NCBI GenBank assembly: GCA_963706575.1
Contig: CAVPNL010000006.1
Span: forward strand, 640,001-704,000
Direction of reading: 5' to 3'
DNA from: an uncultured delta proteobacterium
Lineage (GTDB): Bacteria; Desulfobacterota; Desulfobacteria; Desulfobacterales; JAHEIW01
Length of the DNA: 64,000 bases
The position numbers and the translations under genes are program-made. Shown here piece by piece: positions 59,966-64,000 of this stretch; position 1 is the stretch's first letter, and each line of letters begins with the position of its first letter. The notes beneath the pieces were generated by a model, which saw only the letters and a program-made list of their open reading frames with translations, had not been told where the DNA came from and searched no databases.

Positions 59966-60195
59966 ACCCCGGAGGGCCATAATCAAAAATGGTTCTTGAC
60001 AATTTTAGTCGACAATGATGATAAGTATTTGTGATTCATCGTTCAGGATTGCTGCAGAGAATTTGCAACTGCGGACGGCTTATCTTTCCACCAGATAGCG
60101 GCAATTAGACCATGAAAGGAGGTGATGAAAAAAAAACGTTTATACAATTTTATGTAAAAACGTGACCCCTAATCAAAAACGAAAGGAGATTCCCA

Positions 60196-61230
60196 ATGGC
60201 CAAACAAATGTTGATCGATGCCTATCGGGGAAAAAGAACGGAAAAACCACCCTGGGTACCATACGCAGGGGTTCACTGCGCCTTTTTGATCAATGAGCCA
60301 GCTGACAAAATGCTCAAGGATCCCAAGCTTTTGGCGAAAGGAGTCGTTAATGCCGCCAAGAGATACAAAGCGGATGGAATTCCACTGGTATTCGATCTTT
60401 CGGTCGAAGCCAATTCCATCGGGTGCGACCTGAAATGGTGGCCCGACAATGTCCCTTCCGTAACCAATCATCCCTGTTCCGACAAGACTCCCAAAGATGC
60501 CGGGCTCAAAATGCCCACCAAAGAATCGGGTCGCTGGCCGGTGCTTTATGAAGCCGCAAGAATTGCCAAACCTCAGCTGGATGAACTCGATTGCGTCCTG
60601 ATGGGTCTATTTTGCGGTCCTTTGACCCTGGCTTCCCATCTGGCCGGTGTGCGTATCTTTACCGATGTTTACAAAAATCCCGATTTTGCCGCCGAAGTTA
60701 TCAAATTTGCCGGTGAAGTCGGCGCGGCAGCTGCAAAGTTCTATGCCGAGATGGGTTGTGAGATTATCGCCATCGTTGATCCGGTGGCCTCACAGATTAA
60801 ATCCGAGACCTTCCAGAAATTTGTCACCCCCAATTCGCAACCGGCGATTAAAGCGATTCATGATGCCGGAGTGACCTCATCATTTTTCATTTGTGGCGAC
60901 TGCACCAAAGTCATGGAAGATGTCTGTAAGATCGGCACCCACGGCTTTGCCATTGATGAACAGCTCAATATGCTTTTTGTGCGGGATCTGGCACGTAAAC
61001 ACGGGGTGGGCTTTGGCGGCAATTTGAAGCTGACGCTGGCCCTGAGCCTCGGGTTATTGTCTCCCAGAGAGGATGCGATTGTGAGCTTGGCAGCAGGCGG
61101 GCAAGAAGGTTATACCTTCGCCCCTGGCTGAGATATGCCTTACGATGTTCCGGTGGAACATATGGATCAGGCCATCGAAGTCAGAGATTGGTTTGAACAG
61201 TATTATGCCAAGTATCCGGAATCTTGGTAA
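60196..61230 (+). CDS. Probable selenoprotein: MtaA/CmuA (UroD-fold) methyltransferase, Sec312 (344 aa)
   Basis: PWVPYAGVH, FDLSVEA, GPLTLA, VDPVASQI, FFICGD; ..FAPG-TGA(61129)-DMPYDVP.. open to TAA 61228-61230; matches PGCD of paralogue 54981. Confidence 0.9.
61145..61161 (+). promoter_or_regulatory. SECIS-like hairpin
   Basis: ATGTTCC-GGT-GGAACAT; loop starts 20 nt after UGA. Confidence 0.75.
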
Positions 61231-61257
61231 ACAATTATAGAAAGGAGGATTCGGATC

Positions 61258-61659
61258 ATGGCAGACAAAATTACCATTGATGTGCTGACACTGGACAGCG
61301 TGCAGTGCGCCGCCTGCGGCTACATGATGGAGTCCATCGCCGCTTTGCCATCTGATGTTCAGGATATGATCGTATACAAGGAATGGTCGATCAAAAACAA
61401 AGATGGCATTGGCAAGTTTCTGGAGCTGAAGGGTAAGGTACTACCGACCATCTGTATCGAGCGGGATCTGGTTTTTGAGAGTATCATTCCGCAATATGAG
61501 GAACTGATCGATGAGATGGCCAAACGGGCGCCGAATGACGATATGCGTGATCGTATCCAGGCCCTGCGCGAAACAGGATTTGAGTTCGATAAAATCCAGG
61601 AGAACCTGGCGAAAGCAGGAGCCGGCATGTCGACGCGCACAGATTCCAAAGTGCAATGA
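61258..61659 (+). CDS. Thioredoxin-like protein, C17AAC20 (Cys paralogue of 41863)
   Basis: DVLTLDSVQCAACGYM, VLPTICI, FESIIP; RBS AGGAGG. Confidence 0.88.
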   Translation: MADKITIDVLTLDSVQCAACGYMMESIAALPSDVQDMIVYKEWSIKNKDGIGKFLELKGKVLPTICIERDLVFESIIPQYEELIDEMAKRAPNDDMRDRIQALRETGFEFDKIQENLAKAGAGMSTRTDSKVQ

Positions 61660-61676
61660 TAACTGTATAAACATGC

Positions 61677-61712
61677 ACAAGCCGGGCCCTGCAAAAGGCC
61701 CGGCTTGTTTAA
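61677..61712 (+). terminator. Rho-independent terminator
   Basis: ACAAGCCGGGCC-N8-GGCCCGGCTTGT followed by TTAA. Confidence 0.7.
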
Positions 61713-61730
61713 TTCTACAGGCCGGGAGAC

Positions 61731-62036
61731 GTGTTCCTATTGGAAACCAATGAAGCGGCTGAAAAACTGAAAACGTTTGTCTTAACGCACGACCTGCCCA
61801 AAACAGACATGGCATTGTTCGGCATTAAATGCCCCTATTGCGGAAAATCCGATCGCATCCGGGAGCTGGAAGAACCGGATGCATTGAGCGCGAAGATAGA
61901 TTCGGAAAATGTGGCCATCTATTTTAACCTATGGGATCAACTTGCCCGCTCAAACGGATCGCTGGCAGTCTGCAAATTTTGTCAAAACCTTCTATTGCTG
62001 CAGGATCAGGCAAGTGCTGCACCCCTGTATGAGTGA
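61731..62036 (+). CDS. Small putative Zn-binding protein
   Basis: CPYC and CKFC pairs. Confidence 0.65.
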   Translation: MFLLETNEAAEKLKTFVLTHDLPKTDMALFGIKCPYCGKSDRIRELEEPDALSAKIDSENVAIYFNLWDQLARSNGSLAVCKFCQNLLLLQDQASAAPLYE

Positions 62037-62386
62037 TCTATAAAAGGCGGTAATATTTTTGCGCAGTCGAGTTACTTAAAAAACGCCTGGTTCAAAGGTT
62101 CAACGTTCAAAGGTTCAGGAGTTAGAAAACAGCAAAAATAAGTAAACAGATGTTAGAGGACAGCGGGTATTGTTAAATGTTTAATTGGTTGAATAGTCAA
62201 TTCGTCAGGTGATTTAATCCATTTTAAACTATTTAACCATTCGACCAATTAACGAATCGACTAAACTCACTGACCGGTAGCAAGAACCCAGAACCCTGAA
62301 CCCTGAACCCGAGAACTGACACCTAAGATAAAAACGTATATTGTAAATTATCTTTAAGACGCAACACCAGCGAAAAGGGGTACAAC

Positions 62387-62632
62387 ATGAAAATCGAAGT
62401 TTTAGGGCCCGGATGCAAGCGCTGTGATCAACTCTATGAAAACACCCAAAATGCGGTGGCCGAATTGGATACCCCGGGGCCGATCGAAATTGTAAAAATC
62501 GGGGATATCAATTACTTTGCCAAAATGGGGGTGTTCATGACACCGGGGCTTGTGATTGATGGAGAGGTGGTTTCAACCGGCAAGGTGCTCAGCCCCGATC
62601 AAATCAAGCAAAAGATTGCGGAGAAGATGTAA
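62387..62632 (+). CDS. Small thioredoxin-family redox protein (MTH895-like)
   Basis: MKIEVLGPGCKRC, TPGLVIDG. Confidence 0.9.
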   Translation: MKIEVLGPGCKRCDQLYENTQNAVAELDTPGPIEIVKIGDINYFAKMGVFMTPGLVIDGEVVSTGKVLSPDQIKQKIAEKM

Positions 62633-62635
62633 AGC

Positions 62636-63670
62636 ATGTCGGATGTCACCCGCGTATATTTGATTACCGGTTTTTTAGGCAGCGGTAAAACCACCTTGCT
62701 GAATCGCATTATTCAGCGCTTCCCCAAAGATAAAAAGCTGACACTGCTGGTTAACGAATTCGGTGAAGTCGGTGTGGATGGTACTCTGGTCGAAGGCGAA
62801 GACATCGATATGATGGAAATCAGCAAAGGTTCCATTTTCTGCGTCTGCGTTAAAACCGATTTTATAAAAGGTCTATACGAGCTCAACAGCAAAGTCCAGC
62901 CCGATGTGATGCTGATTGAATCAACGGGTGTGGCCAACCCCTCAGACTTAAAAAAAGATTTAAAACTGCCCATCTTCAATGACCGATTTCATTTCGTGGA
63001 GCAGTTTTGCGTGATCGATGCGGCCCACTTTTTGGATGCATACGGCGTCTATGCCTCTTTAGAAAAACAGATTGCTTCTTCCACCGTATTTATCATTAAT
63101 AAGATTGATACCGCCTCACCTGAAACAATTGAAGAGACTAAAAATGTCATTCGGCAGTTTCATCCCGATCCATTTTTTTACGACACCACCTATGCCGACA
63201 TCCCGCTGGCGGATTTTTTTGATTTAGCAGAACTGGATTTGCCCGATTCCGAAGTGCCGGAACCTAAAAAGGCAAAAGTGTCGGTTCTTTCGGAGGAAGC
63301 GCTTGACCAATTTATTGATGACCTCCTGGATAGCCCGGATCTTGAAATTACGCCACCGGACACGCTCATGTCCGTTACCTATAGCTGGAACGGAGACGAT
63401 CTGGAGCAGGTTAGAGCTATGGCCGAGGCTTTACCCCCTGCTGTAGTCAGGGCCAAGGGGTTTGTCGAAGAAAAAGGTGACATGTATTTGTTCAATTATG
63501 TCATGGGCGATTGGACCGTTGAAAAAACCAATGTGCCCAAGGATCGCATCCAAAACAAAAATATTGTTGTTTTTATTGGGCCGCCTGAATCTATGGAAGG
63601 AATCGAAGGGGCATCCAAAACAGGTGATTGGACCGGCAGAGGGGTATTTCAACCTTACTCGCAAACTTGA
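62636..63670 (+). CDS. CobW/COG0523 G3E GTPase metallochaperone
   Basis: GFLGSGKTT, NEFGEVGVD, GSIFCVC, IESTGVA, NKID, RAKG. Confidence 0.92.
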   Translation: MSDVTRVYLITGFLGSGKTTLLNRIIQRFPKDKKLTLLVNEFGEVGVDGTLVEGEDIDMMEISKGSIFCVCVKTDFIKGLYELNSKVQPDVMLIESTGVANPSDLKKDLKLPIFNDRFHFVEQFCVIDAAHFLDAYGVYASLEKQIASSTVFIINKIDTASPETIEETKNVIRQFHPDPFFYDTTYADIPLADFFDLAELDLPDSEVPEPKKAKVSVLSEEALDQFIDDLLDSPDLEITPPDTLMSVTYSWNGDDLEQVRAMAEALPPAVVRAKGFVEEKGDMYLFNYVMGDWTVEKTNVPKDRIQNKNIVVFIGPPESMEGIEGASKTGDWTGRGVFQPYSQT

Positions 63671-63722
63671 AAAAACAGCAACTTAAATTTATTTGAAACC
63701 ACTTCTTTAGTTACAAAATGAT

Positions 63723-63788
63723 CGTCACTCCCGCGCAGGCGGGAGTCCAGTTCAAAGCCGCTTGGATTCCCGCCTGCGCGGGAATGAC
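63723..63788. repeat. CGTC/GAC-type REP-like double hairpin
   Basis: CGTCACTCCCGCGCAGGCGGGAGTCCA...TGGATTCCCGCCTGCGCGGGAATGAC. Confidence 0.8.
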
Positions 63789-63901
63789 CAGTGGGGAACA
63801 CACATCAGTATTTAATATTATTTTTGACAATATTTCTGGGACACAACATTAGGAATCAGCGGCCAGCGGCTATTGAATTCCATGATGATAAAGGTCTAAA
63901 A

Positions 63902-64000
63902 ATGTCTGAAAACGGAAACCACTATGATTTAATGATTTTGGGTGCAGGGCCCGCCGGCATCACCGCCGCTTTATACGGGCAACGGCTGGGATTGAAAACG
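63902..64000 (+). CDS. Thioredoxin reductase-like FAD oxidoreductase, N-terminus (3'-truncated)
   Basis: [33 protein letters not shown]. Confidence 0.75.
   Translation, partial: MSENGNHYDLMILGAGPAGITAALYGQRLGLKT

Noticed and set aside
60112..60168. Perfect SD (AAAGGAGGTGA) with a possible leader peptide MKKKRLYNFM upstream of Sec-MT2
   Set aside because: SD-to-ATG spacing is only about 2 nt and no attenuator structure is evident; cannot be supported.
60196..61131. Truncated or pseudogene reading of the second MT2
   Set aside because: The stop falls exactly on the conserved Cys codon, family-like sequence continues in frame and a SECIS-like hairpin follows.
40499..63670. Other TGA stops (40501, 41861, 49954, 52836, 61659, 62036, 63670) as Sec codons
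   Set aside because: None lies at a conserved Cys motif; they overlap the next gene's start or RBS, or are followed by another stop or non-coding repeat sequence.
141..63686. Numerous 60-250 aa antisense or alternate-frame ORFs and ORFs over intergenic repeats (e.g. 5215-5517, 31211-31465, 31864-32604, 55307-55999)
   Set aside because: They are shadows of well-supported genes or translations of repeats, with no recognisable motifs.

Overview
Bacterial chromosomal window; gene content and intergenic repeat style suggest a deltaproteobacterial anaerobe such as Desulfobacterales (inference, no search run). 1-7.2 kb: signalling genes, rimO, polyprenyl synthase, tRNA-Val(GAC). 7.8-21 kb: accessory genes (STAND adenylate cyclase, methyltransferase, GNAT, dipeptidase, CBS/DUF294, receivers, penicillin acylase). 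21-28.7 kb: MshA-like glycosyltransferase/GNAT/Gfo-Idh-MocA cluster. 29-36.7 kb: Liv-type ABC transporter plus acyl-CoA ligase. From ~37 kb to the window end lies a large corrinoid methyl-transfer locus: corrinoid protein, RACE activator, two MtaA/CmuA-family and one MtrH-like methyltransferase, CobO, two CobW GTPases, a V4R-linked two-component system, a B12 radical SAM protein, thioredoxin-like proteins and a TrxB-like reductase. It contains two probable selenoproteins that the ORF track breaks at in-frame UGA: an MtaA/CmuA-family methyltransferase (PG-U-D, 60196-61230) and a UxxC thioredoxin-like protein (41863-42159). Each has a Cys-containing paralogue in the same locus and a SECIS-like hairpin with a GGU loop. 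Three promoter regions of the locus share one operator architecture. Family assignments come from motif recognition by eye.
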